In this document: positions 50,783 through 59,522 of the stretch, one piece after another | Numbering within the stretch: position 1 is the first letter of the stretch | How the letters are laid out: every line of letters starts with the position of its first letter | Origin: a virus | Virus record (IMG/VR): IMGVR_UViG_3300045988_078601 | Span: 111,873-175,872 of that record | DNA length: 64,000 nt | Strand: one strand, 5' to 3' | Position numbers and translations under genes: made by a program | The notes under the pieces: generated by a model | What the model was told of the DNA's origin: nothing | The model's input: only the letters and a program-made list of their open reading frames with translations | The model's database searches: none

Positions 50783-52009
50783 TTATTCTAAATGAAACAA
50801 TGAATTTTCCAGTACAACGTCTCTTCCTATATCATCCCCATTATGTATCTGGTTAATAGTGAGAACTTGAAGTTTACGGACTCCCTCCATGACTTGCTTA
50901 GAAACATCTTCTGGATATACAGTTGTTATGACATGCTCTAGGCAAATTCCCCTATAGCAGCGTAAATTCTGTTCTTTCTCTGCAAATGCTAAGATCGCAT
51001 TGAAAATTGAGATCCATGTCAAGACCTTTTCAAAGTTGTAAGTCGGTCTAAGGAGTCTGAACTCTATAGTTTTGTTGACGTTATAGCATACAGCATTGAC
51101 AAAGTTTACCCAATAATACCGAGTAGGAATCCGCCATTTGGCCTCACGTCTTATGTCATTAGGATGAGGCTGAGTAAGACTACCATAAAATCTTCTTCCT
51201 ACAAGATATTCATAAAGCTGGTCGAAGTCCTTAAATGATGGAAGCTTCATACAATAATCCTTGCCGTTCGCTTTGTAATGCGCACTATGAAAGGTTTCTG
51301 GTGGAACCAATCCTCCTATCTCAGATTCAAGTCCCTTACATAACAAGTATGCTCTATACAAACTTTTAGGTTCCAAGTTGAAACCTCCAAAGTGCATATG
51401 TAGAGAACATTCCTTATTAAAGGCAGTATATTTCCGTAATGTCCCTAACTGCTGACGCAATAAGGACAAACCAGAATTACCTTCCATAACCACAGTAGAA
51501 TACTCTAGACCAGAAATTGAACCGTCTCGCAATGGAATTAGTCCATCTCTGAAGCAGAGATCTTCTGGAACATAACCCATAGAGGTTTCAAACTCTAGAC
51601 CAAAGGAGTATTTCAAGTGCTCAGCAACTTTAAATGTTTCTGGATGTACTATTTGTTGCTTTCCCTCGAAGATGTTAAAGCTTTCTACAGCTTCATATCT
51701 CCTTTCAAAGTGATATGGGAAACTTCCAAATCCCATTTGATACTGCTCTATTGGCAATAAATTAGAAGGGAAATCGACAACAGAAACATAACAGCCTCTG
51801 TAGACACTATATACCAGGACATCCTTTAATAGTTCTTTATCACCCTCAAAATATCTTAATTCTCCCTCAACGTAAGCTAAGAATCTGATGATGGATTCCG
51901 ATCTACTACTGTATCCAAGTACTAGAGTCCCAGGAAGGTGTTGTACAGCCACTAATGCACAATTTTGTCTGGAGATTTTTCTTCCAGTTATTTCATCAAT
52001 GACTTGCAT
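50783..52009 (-). CDS. carboxylate-amine ligase (GCS2/YbdK-like glutamine-synthetase-fold amidoligase)
   Basis: FGLEFETSMG and SLHMHFGG match YbdK motifs GIELEMQ and GQHVHVG; 408 aa. Confidence 0.6.
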   Translation of the reverse strand: MQVIDEITGRKISRQNCALVAVQHLPGTLVLGYSSRSESIIRFLAYVEGELRYFEGDKELLKDVLVYSVYRGCYVSVVDFPSNLLPIEQYQMGFGSFPYHFERRYEAVESFNIFEGKQQIVHPETFKVAEHLKYSFGLEFETSMGYVPEDLCFRDGLIPLRDGSISGLEYSTVVMEGNSGLSLLRQQLGTLRKYTAFNKECSLHMHFGGFNLEPKSLYRAYLLCKGLESEIGGLVPPETFHSAHYKANGKDYCMKLPSFKDFDQLYEYLVGRRFYGSLTQPHPNDIRREAKWRIPTRYYWVNFVNAVCYNVNKTIEFRLLRPTYNFEKVLTWISIFNAILAFAEKEQNLRCYRGICLEHVITTVYPEDVSKQVMEGVRKLQVLTINQIHNGDDIGRDVVLENSLFHLE

Positions 52010-53376
52010 TCTTCCTTAATCGTTTTAAAGTTAATATCCAATTTATCAAGGACTTTAGATTTTATAGGCTCTTTTACTCCTTTATATGTAGTACCTATAC
52101 GAGTTCCTGCTGTAAATCTGGTTGCTGAGACAGAAGTCATCGGTTGCCAGATCCCAGTAAATAGCACGGAACCGGTAGCGGACACAGCCTGATACCAATA
52201 ATCACCTTTTGGATAGATGCCATCTACGCTTAAGAACCGAATAACGTTCTCAAACTTAAAGAAAAAGTCCTTATCCGAGAGTTTGCTTTCCTTCTTAAGG
52301 TTAGTAAGAAAGTTATAACAATGCTTATTTTTCAAAGCTACACCACTGAAAAACCACACATCGCAGTCTTTTGACAATTTACCTCCGACTCTTCCATAGT
52401 CATTAATTGACAACTTGCCATGAATTTTCTTTCCTTTATAGGAATAGATATTTCTAAGCATGTCAACACTGATATAGTTGTCATATACCATAGAGGTTTC
52501 ACTATCAAACCAGGAATCATCATAGTAGTCGTCATAGCTACCATAACTTCCATACTTTCCATAAGAACCATGCCCATAATAAGCACCTTCATATAATGGA
52601 TATGTCTTAGCAACAGTAGTAACTTCCTTACTTTGCTGCATATTGGTTCTATCGTACTTTTCAACAAGCACAAGAGACGTACCATTAAACTCTAAGAGCT
52701 CGTTAGTTCTAAGAGAATAAGTAGTACAATCTCTTCTCAGAGCCATCAGATACATCCAAATAGAAGAGAAAACCAGCTCACGTTTTGTCTTGTCAATGCA
52801 GTAATAGAGTGGTCGTTCAGCTTCTGCGTCCTTAGAATAAGAGGTCTTCTTGGAAGAACCTCTAAACAACAACGTTCTTGGAGCTATTCCTCTATAGTCA
52901 ACGATTGCAAATACTGCACCTCCATTGTACTCTCCCAGAGCACTATAACCAGCATGATAGAAGATATGAGCCATAACTTGAGAATCAGTCATGCCAGTAA
53001 TATCCACATCAGGAATATATTTCTTAGCAAGCTTCTCATAGTTATAAATTGTCCCATTATGCATCAATACAAATTCAACCTTGCCGTCCTTAGTAATTAC
53101 AACTGGTTGAGCAGTCTTCTCACTAATAACTCCGACTGAAGCTTTTCTACAATGAACTAGAGCAACTGTAGATTTTTCTACTTCCTCAAGGAGTTTACTT
53201 TCTTGAAAGTAAGAGGAGAAGAACTTATTTTCTCCGACGCCATATTCATAACGTCCATCAATAAATACTCCACAAGAATCGCCACCTCTTGCGTCGTTTG
53301 AAATACCTAAAGAACAAAATGTAGCGTAATCAAATGTCCTAGGAGTTTTATTTATAATACCTGCTATACCACACAT
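51988..53376 (-). CDS. class-II (Ntn) glutamine amidotransferase domain protein
   Basis: N-terminal MCGIAGI nucleophile-Cys signature; 462 aa with uncharacterised C-terminal half. Confidence 0.7.
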   Translation of the reverse strand: MCGIAGIINKTPRTFDYATFCSLGISNDARGGDSCGVFIDGRYEYGVGENKFFSSYFQESKLLEEVEKSTVALVHCRKASVGVISEKTAQPVVITKDGKVEFVLMHNGTIYNYEKLAKKYIPDVDITGMTDSQVMAHIFYHAGYSALGEYNGGAVFAIVDYRGIAPRTLLFRGSSKKTSYSKDAEAERPLYYCIDKTKRELVFSSIWMYLMALRRDCTTYSLRTNELLEFNGTSLVLVEKYDRTNMQQSKEVTTVAKTYPLYEGAYYGHGSYGKYGSYGSYDDYYDDSWFDSETSMVYDNYISVDMLRNIYSYKGKKIHGKLSINDYGRVGGKLSKDCDVWFFSGVALKNKHCYNFLTNLKKESKLSDKDFFFKFENVIRFLSVDGIYPKGDYWYQAVSATGSVLFTGIWQPMTSVSATRFTAGTRIGTTYKGVKEPIKSKVLDKLDINFKTIKEECKSLMK

Positions 53377-53387
53377 ATAGTTTATCC

Positions 53388-54179
53388 TTACATGATGTTA
53401 TATGTCTTAACAATATTTTGTGCCAAATCGGCATCGCTGTCATTGATAGCTCTTACAACATAAGTTGAATCAATCAGTCTTCCACCTCTTGATGCAGCTG
53501 CCAAAGCTTTCTGAACTTGTCTCCATACAAACTGCAGAGTCTCTACGTCTTTCATCATAGCTGAACTCAAGACACGATACTCTACACCATAAGAAGTCAA
53601 ACGGAAGCATCCAGCTTTTCCATATAAAGAGCGTCTACGTTTATCCTTATCATAGATAACAGATGGGACTCCAAGGTACATATCAAGATACTTTACAATG
53701 AGAATAGAAGCATCGATATTTGGATTTTCATATCCTATATGGATATGGAATCCGGCACTTCTTAAGTTGGTCTTGGAACCTTCTGGCTTAGGATTAGCGG
53801 CCTCTGTATAGGCATTGTAGTCTACATCACACCCGAACAATTGAGCTTGTGGACTTTGAAGTTGATTCTTATCCACAGTCTTAGAAGCAGCACAAAGGAT
53901 ACCATAGTCAGGGTTAAGGTTCTTAACAAACTTGTCAATGTACTGTTTCATGTACTCAATGTTGTTCACAAATGACGCCTCGTCGGAAACTGGTGGAATA
54001 TTAAATTCTGCCAGGATATTATCGGTTTCTAGACCAAAACCAGAAGGCATATCCTCAGCCACATAAGGATTACCTTTTTCACCAGGAATTTTTCCTACAG
54101 AAGAAACAACTTTCTTTGTCTTTTCGTTAATAATAAAGAGTTCTGGATCTGCGCCGATAGTAATTTTACCTAATTTCAT
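53388..54179 (-). CDS. amidoligase-like protein (GS-fold, Amidoligase_2-like)
   Basis: GADPELF and AGFHIHIGYE (HxHxG) motifs; 263 aa. Confidence 0.5.
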   Translation of the reverse strand: MKLGKITIGADPELFIINEKTKKVVSSVGKIPGEKGNPYVAEDMPSGFGLETDNILAEFNIPPVSDEASFVNNIEYMKQYIDKFVKNLNPDYGILCAASKTVDKNQLQSPQAQLFGCDVDYNAYTEAANPKPEGSKTNLRSAGFHIHIGYENPNIDASILIVKYLDMYLGVPSVIYDKDKRRRSLYGKAGCFRLTSYGVEYRVLSSAMMKDVETLQFVWRQVQKALAAASRGGRLIDSTYVVRAINDSDADLAQNIVKTYNIM

Positions 54180-54798
54180 CTACTAATTTCTTTACTAAGT
54201 TATTAATCATTTTTGCTACAGGTGAGTTAGGAATCATCTCAGGATGTCCCTGCACAGCTAGACATTTAGGAAGTCCGTCTTTGTGATAGTAAACTATCTC
54301 TGGTTCTCCATAGCTGCGTATATAGTCAGAGTCTATATTCTCACCTCCATATGTTGTGCTTCTACACTCTTCTGACCGAAATAAAATGTTATAATCCTTG
54401 CGATTCAAGTTATAGGGATACTGCATCTGATGATGTGTAGAAGTTATTTGATAACATACTTTACCATCAGTAATACCGTGCGTGTAACCTATAGCGTGGT
54501 TATCGCAATGTTGAACCAATAAACCACCATTCATAACACAAAGGAATTGAGATCCTCTGCAAATTCCAAGACAAACTTGCTTGTTTGGAATGACACTCTC
54601 AAATACTTTCTTTTCCTCTAAATCCCTTTGAAGATTAGAGTAAGTTCGAGGGTGTTTTTCGCACTTATAAAGAGATGGGTCAACGTCCTCACCTCCAGTA
54701 AACAAGACTACATCTGCCTCTTTAATGTCATTAACAAGAGAGGCGTTTTCGAGGAAGTTAGCGTAGCCAACTGAACCTCCTACAACAAATACTTTCAT
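54166..54798 (-). CDS. class-I glutamine amidotransferase / gamma-glutamyl hydrolase-like (peptidase C26-like)
   Basis: Catalytic Cys in LGICRGSQ and His-Glu in VQGHPE. Confidence 0.65.
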   Translation of the reverse strand: MKVFVVGGSVGYANFLENASLVNDIKEADVVLFTGGEDVDPSLYKCEKHPRTYSNLQRDLEEKKVFESVIPNKQVCLGICRGSQFLCVMNGGLLVQHCDNHAIGYTHGITDGKVCYQITSTHHQMQYPYNLNRKDYNILFRSEECRSTTYGGENIDSDYIRSYGEPEIVYYHKDGLPKCLAVQGHPEMIPNSPVAKMINNLVKKLVDEIR

Positions 54799-55544
54799 TA
54801 TTTTCTTTTACTCTTAATTGCGTTATACATCTTCATATAAGTAGGCTTTCTCAACTCAAATAATTCCTCCGACCAATACTCTAAATCTCTGTATCCGAAT
54901 CCTTCAATTTCCTCAGGGAGTTTAGTTTTCTTTATGGATAGAATTTTGTATATACTGTTAAGTCTATCTACTTCTCTAATTCTCTCACGTAATTCATCCT
55001 TTCTAAGAGGCTCATGAATACTAGCTTCAGCTACTGAATGACCTTCTCCAACATAATCAGAACAACAATTGGAAACAACATTAAATATATTAGCAATTGA
55101 TTCAAATCTGAATGTAGGATCTTTCTTCAGTCTATAAGCATCTTTCAAGATAACATTATATGGATATTCGTAAGTATATCTTAACCAAGTGAGAACATAT
55201 TTATGAAAAGTTGCAGGGACTTCTTTAAGGTGTATTACAACTTCATAATATATCTGTCCATCATCGGTTGCTTTCTCTAACACTCTGTACCTGAATGGAT
55301 ACATTCCTCTTAGTTGTCTAAGATGATTTCTTACCTCGTGTCTGCTAAAGAGACATGCATTCGAGTGGTGATTCTTGACGCAGAGATCTACCCCAGGATA
55401 CAATCGGACAGTATAGATAATATCAGAATTGTTGTTCATTCTCGAAAATACGTTTGAAAAACAAACATCAACTCCCATTTTTCTACTATATGTCCCAGTG
55501 CAAGAATATTCTGTATGATAACTTAAAAAACTAAATTCTTTCAT
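54798..55544 (-). CDS. hypothetical protein (first gene of the amidoligase/GATase block)
   Basis: 248 aa; 1-nt overlap with GATase1-like gene. Confidence 0.3.
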   Translation of the reverse strand: MKEFSFLSYHTEYSCTGTYSRKMGVDVCFSNVFSRMNNNSDIIYTVRLYPGVDLCVKNHHSNACLFSRHEVRNHLRQLRGMYPFRYRVLEKATDDGQIYYEVVIHLKEVPATFHKYVLTWLRYTYEYPYNVILKDAYRLKKDPTFRFESIANIFNVVSNCCSDYVGEGHSVAEASIHEPLRKDELRERIREVDRLNSIYKILSIKKTKLPEEIEGFGYRDLEYWSEELFELRKPTYMKMYNAIKSKRK

Positions 55545-55547
55545 TAC

Positions 55548-55581
55548 AAAAAAAAAACGCCGCCCTTAGAAAGAGCGGCGC
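55548..55581 (-). terminator. rho-independent terminator downstream of 55597..56658
   Basis: Minus-strand hairpin CGCCGCTC-TTTCTAA-GGGCGGCG followed by T10. Confidence 0.6.
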
Positions 55582-55596
55582 ACGGTTAGTGAGACA

Positions 55597-56658
55597 TTAC
55601 TCCTTAACTTCTGCATCATTATCCTGTTCCTCAGGTACTGCAGGAGCTGCCGGCTGTTTAACGACCTGGGGCTGAGCTCCAAACATCTGAGCAAAAGGAT
55701 TGGCGCCACCGCTGAATGCAGACATCATAAGGAGGTCTTTGATGTCCATATCGCCCTTACCAGAGAGCATCATCAGCATCATCGGATTCATGTTCATAGC
55801 ACCACCGTTCTGAGTCATCATCATCAAAGGCAACAGAGATTTCTTGTCATCCTTGTCTGACAAAGCGAGCAACATCATCGGATTGATCTGTCCGCCAACG
55901 CTACCAGCCAAAGAAACAACGACACGAATCATTGTCTGATTGAACAAGAAGTCTTTGATAGTGTGAACAGTCTTACCAGCACCAGTATAACCGATGGCAG
56001 TAATCTGATCACCTTTGATCTTTGTTACCTTAGCATAGCTACGTTCCAAAGCAATGACATCGCCGACAGCGAGCTGTTCTTTCGGTTTGCTAACGATGAA
56101 TACCGGCAAGTTCAGTGTCAATTCTTCAGGATAAGAAGTCAGACTGTTGTTCTTGTCAATAGCTACGTAACCCTGGCTTGTTGCAACACAGATGTTACCG
56201 TCAGTTGCAATACGAACACCTTCTGCCTCAACCGGCATAAACATAGATTTCAAACGATCAGCGAAGCCTTTGATAGAATTTTTTGTAGTCATGTTGTTGT
56301 TGTTTTTAGATGAGTTAATAATAGGTTTAGCAGATTTACACCAAGTCTCGAAGCGGATGATGTTGTCCACGCTCGTAATTCCGACTTTCTTCAAGCCATA
56401 CTCGCGAGTCAGAGTATCAAGATAGTCACGTGTTTCAGGACTCAAGTTGTCAAGGGATTCCTCGATAGCCTTAATCACGTAAATAGAGTTACCTTTCTTA
56501 GTGATAATATTATCACCAGCCTTAATGTCTGCAAGGCAGGGGTTCAGTTCCACTGAGGCAATTCTGAACTTGTTCTGCTCTTTAGCAAAGTCAATAACTT
56601 CTCCCATGTTCTTAGGCATGAAGGGGAGATTCGAAGTGTAAATTACGAATTTTACCAT
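55597..56658 (-). CDS. hypothetical protein with Met-rich C-terminal repeats
   Basis: 353 aa; C-terminus NPMMLLAL...LMMMTQNGGAMNMNPMMLMML...LLMM; strong terminator suggests high expression. Confidence 0.35.
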   Translation of the reverse strand: MVKFVIYTSNLPFMPKNMGEVIDFAKEQNKFRIASVELNPCLADIKAGDNIITKKGNSIYVIKAIEESLDNLSPETRDYLDTLTREYGLKKVGITSVDNIIRFETWCKSAKPIINSSKNNNNMTTKNSIKGFADRLKSMFMPVEAEGVRIATDGNICVATSQGYVAIDKNNSLTSYPEELTLNLPVFIVSKPKEQLAVGDVIALERSYAKVTKIKGDQITAIGYTGAGKTVHTIKDFLFNQTMIRVVVSLAGSVGGQINPMMLLALSDKDDKKSLLPLMMMTQNGGAMNMNPMMLMMLSGKGDMDIKDLLMMSAFSGGANPFAQMFGAQPQVVKQPAAPAVPEEQDNDAEVKE

Positions 56659-56721
56659 AAATTAAACAAAAATTTAAAAGTTATATACTTCCCTTTCGGG
56701 TTTATTTAATCCAAAATCAGT

Positions 56722-57327
56722 CTACATAGAAGTTTTCAGTATTCTTTCTCTTAGTCTTTCTCTGTCTTTACCACAATAATAATCGCAGTGGCAAGAAAAA
56801 CTTCCCTTATAATATCTTTCTATGCAGAAGTCACAAGTGTCGAGAGATAATTCAGAGTTTTCAATATAGTCCGGATTGTGAGTTCCTAATCGGTTCTCTA
56901 TTCTCCACGCTAATTCGAAATCCCTATTACTAGGAAATATAACTGAATCTTGCCATTTAGCATATCTTGTTTTTGCAACTCTTAGTTTATTTTGTCCAAA
57001 TAGACTGTACAGAACTCTCCTGACTGCTTCAGGAACAGCTAAAGGAACAATAAGAGCTCCATGCGTTATATATAAACCAAATGGACCATTCCTAGATGAT
57101 CTATTACAATGCCAGTTTCTTTCATTATCTAAATAAACTACATTCCCATTAATACCAGTAATAGAAATACTACTGAGGTTCCCATATACTCTAGGAAAGG
57201 AAGCTACATACGTAGTATCTTTAAAAGGAGGAATAGTAATTTCTTTGTCTAAGATTATCCTGTCTTCATATATTTCTGTAATAAAAGCATAATTATCTAC
57301 TTCTATGTCATTAATAAAAAGTCTCAT
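56722..57327 (-). CDS. Cys-rich hypothetical protein
   Basis: 201 aa; C-terminal CDFC...CHCDYYC cluster. Confidence 0.3.
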   Translation of the reverse strand: MRLFINDIEVDNYAFITEIYEDRIILDKEITIPPFKDTTYVASFPRVYGNLSSISITGINGNVVYLDNERNWHCNRSSRNGPFGLYITHGALIVPLAVPEAVRRVLYSLFGQNKLRVAKTRYAKWQDSVIFPSNRDFELAWRIENRLGTHNPDYIENSELSLDTCDFCIERYYKGSFSCHCDYYCGKDRERLRERILKTSM

Positions 57328-57581
57328 TTTACAGGAGATTGTTTAAGTAACACCATTCCAGTCTGGTACTTACTAAATACAAGAAATGTATCTTTCGGAG
57401 TTATTATCTCATAAAGATACCCAGAAGGAACGTCAATTACTCTCTGTTTATATCCAGAAACGGTAGGAACGGTAAGAGATACAACACCTTCAGTATTCTT
57501 TTCTACCTCTATCTCCTTACACGAAAAAAGCGTCAACAGTAAACTTACTGCCAACGCTCCAATAAAGAATTTCTTTTTCAT
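57324..57581 (-). CDS. putative lipoprotein
   Basis: MKKKFFIGALAVSLLLTLFSC signal peptide with lipobox-like LFSC. Confidence 0.4.
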   Translation of the reverse strand: MKKKFFIGALAVSLLLTLFSCKEIEVEKNTEGVVSLTVPTVSGYKQRVIDVPSGYLYEIITPKDTFLVFSKYQTGMVLLKQSPVK

Positions 57582-57602
57582 ATTTATTTAATATTAAAGT
57601 TG

Positions 57603-57673
57603 CATACCCTGAAGGACTCGAACCTCCAACGACGGTTTTGGAGACCGGCATGTTACCATTACACCAAGAGTAT
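57603..57673 (-). tRNA. tRNA-Trp (anticodon CCA)
   Basis: Acceptor ATACTCT/AGGGTAT (one G:U), anticodon loop CTCCAAA, T-arm GGAGGTTCGAGTCCTTC. Confidence 0.7.
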
Positions 57674-57681
57674 AAAATTAG

Positions 57682-57770
57682 CGGAGGGTAAGGGATTCGA
57701 ACCCCTGGGACGCTCATCACGCCCGCCGATTTTCAAGACCGGTGCATTAAACCAGCTCTGCCAACCCTCC
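57682..57770 (-). tRNA. tRNA-Ser (anticodon TGA), type II
   Basis: Acceptor GGAGGGT/ACCCTCC, anticodon stem-loop CCGGT-CTTGAAA-ATCGG, long variable arm, T-loop GGTTCGAATCC. Confidence 0.8.
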
Positions 57771-57879
57771 ATAAGTGTTTCCTACTAATGCGTCCATCCG
57801 CCAATACTCTCGGAAACGTGATAATCATATAGAGCTCTTATATGATTCTCGAGTTTGTCAGTTAGCCATCCCGACTTCG

Positions 57880-57967
57880 CGGTGGGTGAGAGGCTCGAAC
57901 TCTCGCGACGCATAAACGTCCTAACGGTTTAGCAAACCGTCCCCTTCACCAACTTGGGTAACCCACC
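57880..57967 (-). tRNA. tRNA-Ser (anticodon GCT), type II
   Basis: Acceptor GGTGGGT/ACCCACC, anticodon stem-loop ACGGT-TTGCTAA-ACCGT, long variable arm, T-arm GAGAGTTCGAGCCTCTC. Confidence 0.8.
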
Positions 57968-58022
57968 TTTAGATAGGGCACACTATGCCCTATCAATAAT
58001 TTACCATCTTCGACAGGTACCC

Positions 58023-58262
58023 TTAGCCCTTCATAGCATGAATAGCTGTAGCAAGATAAGCTTTTCCTACTAACTGTCTGAATTCAGGTTTGTCAATCAT
58101 TGCTCCAACCAACATGTTCATGAGCTTCCCACCTTCTCCTGCAATCAGAGCAGAAGTTGTTTCACCATCGTCAACCATTGTAATGGTTGCTACTACTTTC
58201 TTTTGGTCCTTAACTAGCTTAGAGCTAAGTTCCTTCAAATCAGGTCTTTCTATTTTTTCCAT
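58023..58262 (-). CDS. hypothetical protein (start trimmed to MEKIERP)
   Basis: Longer ORF 58023..58337 would overlap tRNA-His; ATG at 58260-58262 preceded by an A-rich leader. Confidence 0.3.
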   Translation of the reverse strand: MEKIERPDLKELSSKLVKDQKKVVATITMVDDGETTSALIAGEGGKLMNMLVGAMIDKPEFRQLVGKAYLATAIHAMKG

Positions 58263-58290
58263 AATAAAAAAAAAATTAAAATGCGCAATG

Positions 58291-58362
58291 GGGTAAATGT
58301 AGGAGTCGAACCTACTTCTTGAGAGCCACAATCTCACATTCTACCGTTAAACTAAAATACCC
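58291..58362 (-). tRNA. tRNA-His (anticodon GTG) with G-1
   Basis: 5' GGGTATTT.., anticodon stem-loop TGAGA-TTGTGGC-TCTCA, T-arm GTAGGTTCGACTCCTAC, discriminator C; two T:T mismatches in acceptor stem. Confidence 0.6.
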
Positions 58363-58369
58363 ATATTAG

Positions 58370-58444
58370 AGGCTGGAGTCGGATTCGAACCGACGGTAAC
58401 AACGGTTTTGCAGACCGCGGGCTTAACCACTCACCCATCCAGCC
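58370..58444 (-). tRNA. tRNA-Cys (anticodon GCA)
   Basis: Acceptor GGCTGGA/TCCAGCC, anticodon loop CTGCAAA, T-arm GTCGGTTCGAATCCGAC. Confidence 0.8.
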
Positions 58445-58503
58445 ATTTTACAGAGTACTATTCTAAACGTGTCAAATTAAAAGTTTGATGTTTGAAAAAA
58501 TAA

Positions 58504-58524
58504 TTTGCTGTATGTACTCTTCTA
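58504..58524 (-). promoter_or_regulatory. conserved motif copy 3 (TTTGCTGTATGTACTCTTCTA)
   Basis: ~60 nt upstream of tRNA-Cys 5' end. Confidence 0.3.
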
Positions 58525-58720
58525 CTAACGATTCTAAATGTATACTTTATAAAGTAGTTTAGGATATGCTTTTGAGTGCGGACTTTCATTCAAAAGCCTC
58601 GATGCTTTAACTCTCAACTCAGATAAGGCTTATCTGTATAGAATTATCGAATTCTAAGTCTGACATATCCCCTTGTGGACTAACCACTTGGCCTTTTTAA
58701 AGTAAAACTACTCTTATAAG

Positions 58721-59286
58721 TGGAGATGGAGGGAGTCGAACCCTCGTCCAAACAATCCTTAATAATAGGATAACGTGTGTCTCATTTTTATTTATCAGCT
58801 AGTGAGTTCTAGCATATAGATAATTTTACTCGACTTACTAACTGCGAGTTTATCAAATTACCAAACTTTTAGGCTTGACTGGTTCACAGTCAGCTCCACC
58901 ACCTATTTTTTAACACCAAAAATAGGAAACGGTGTTTAGTGGTCCGTCAATCCCAAGGCTAATCTGACCTTTCATTTAACGACGTATAGGAGATTCAGCT
59001 CTACTAACCTGTGGCCTTCGAGTTAAGCACAGTGGCTTATATCCTTCTACTGTACACCTCTTCTGTTTCTAGGTCTCTCCTTGTAACCCGACACATAACT
59101 CAAAGCTAATGTGCCAGCTGCTTAGGCAGCCAATCTTACGCTATTGTTTGCATTTATTGTTTTCCTTCGTTTAAAGAGATCGCGCTCTACACGTCCTACT
59201 ATCTCGTAATCGCTGTCAAAACCAAGCATCCCCGAGATCAGAAATCCATCTTTACACTTTTGCTCTACCAACTGAGCTATCTCCCC
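58721..59286 (-). ncRNA. ssrA: tmRNA (ssrA)-like gene, ~566 nt; tag ANNSVRLAA
   Basis: 5' end GGGGAGATAGCTCAGTTGGTAGAGC (tRNA-like acceptor+D-arm). 3' end GGACGAGGGTTCGACTCCCTCCATCTCCA closely parallels E. coli tmRNA 3' end GGACGCGGGTTCAACTCCCGCCAGCTCCA, with G3:U70. Internal tag frame GCA AAC AAT AGC GTA AGA TTG GCT GCC TAA (59151..59122) starts GCA-AAC and ends LAA-stop as in canonical tags. Confidence 0.55.
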
Positions 59287-59302
59287 ATTAATTGAATACT
59301 AG

Positions 59303-59340
59303 TGGGGAGAAGCGGGCTCGAACCGCTGACCCAAAGACCC
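59303..59340 (-). ncRNA. tRNA 3'-half-like element (T-arm + 3' acceptor strand) immediately 5' of the tmRNA-like gene; candidate permuted acceptor piece
   Basis: Minus strand AGCGGTTCGAGCCCGCT-TCTCCCC-A. The TCTCCCC strand is perfectly complementary to the GGGGAGA 5' end of the tmRNA-like RNA 17 nt downstream. Confidence 0.35.
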
Positions 59341-59348
59341 CTCGTATA

Positions 59349-59369
59349 AATTGCTGTTGGATTTCTTGT
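59349..59369 (-). promoter_or_regulatory. conserved motif copy 4 (ATTGCTGTTGGATTTCTTGTA)
   Basis: Immediately upstream of the tRNA 3'-half element / tmRNA-like gene. Confidence 0.3.
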
Positions 59370-59398
59370 AAATGAACACATTTTTAGTAAACCTTGCG

Positions 59399-59471
59399 TT
59401 GGGAAGACCAGACTCGAACTGGCAATATCTACATCCCAAATGTAGGAGGTTACCGATTACCCAACTTCCCA
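59399..59471 (-). tRNA. tRNA-Pro (anticodon TGG)
   Basis: Acceptor TGGGAAG/CTTCCCA, anticodon stem-loop CTACA-TTTGGGA-TGTAG, T-arm GCCAGTTCGAGTCTGGT. Confidence 0.75.
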
Positions 59472-59522
59472 ATCAACAGAAAACCTTGTAGACTCTCGTA
59501 TGGCATACGGGATCGTTGTTAA

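Noticed and set aside
59215-59286. Interpreting GGGGAGATAGCTCAGTTGGTAGAGC as the 5' end of an ordinary ~75-nt tRNA
   Set aside because: No anticodon arm with a matching 3' stem and no T-arm within the next ~90 nt; the matching T-arm/acceptor strands lie 17 nt upstream and ~530 nt downstream instead, fitting a tmRNA-like architecture
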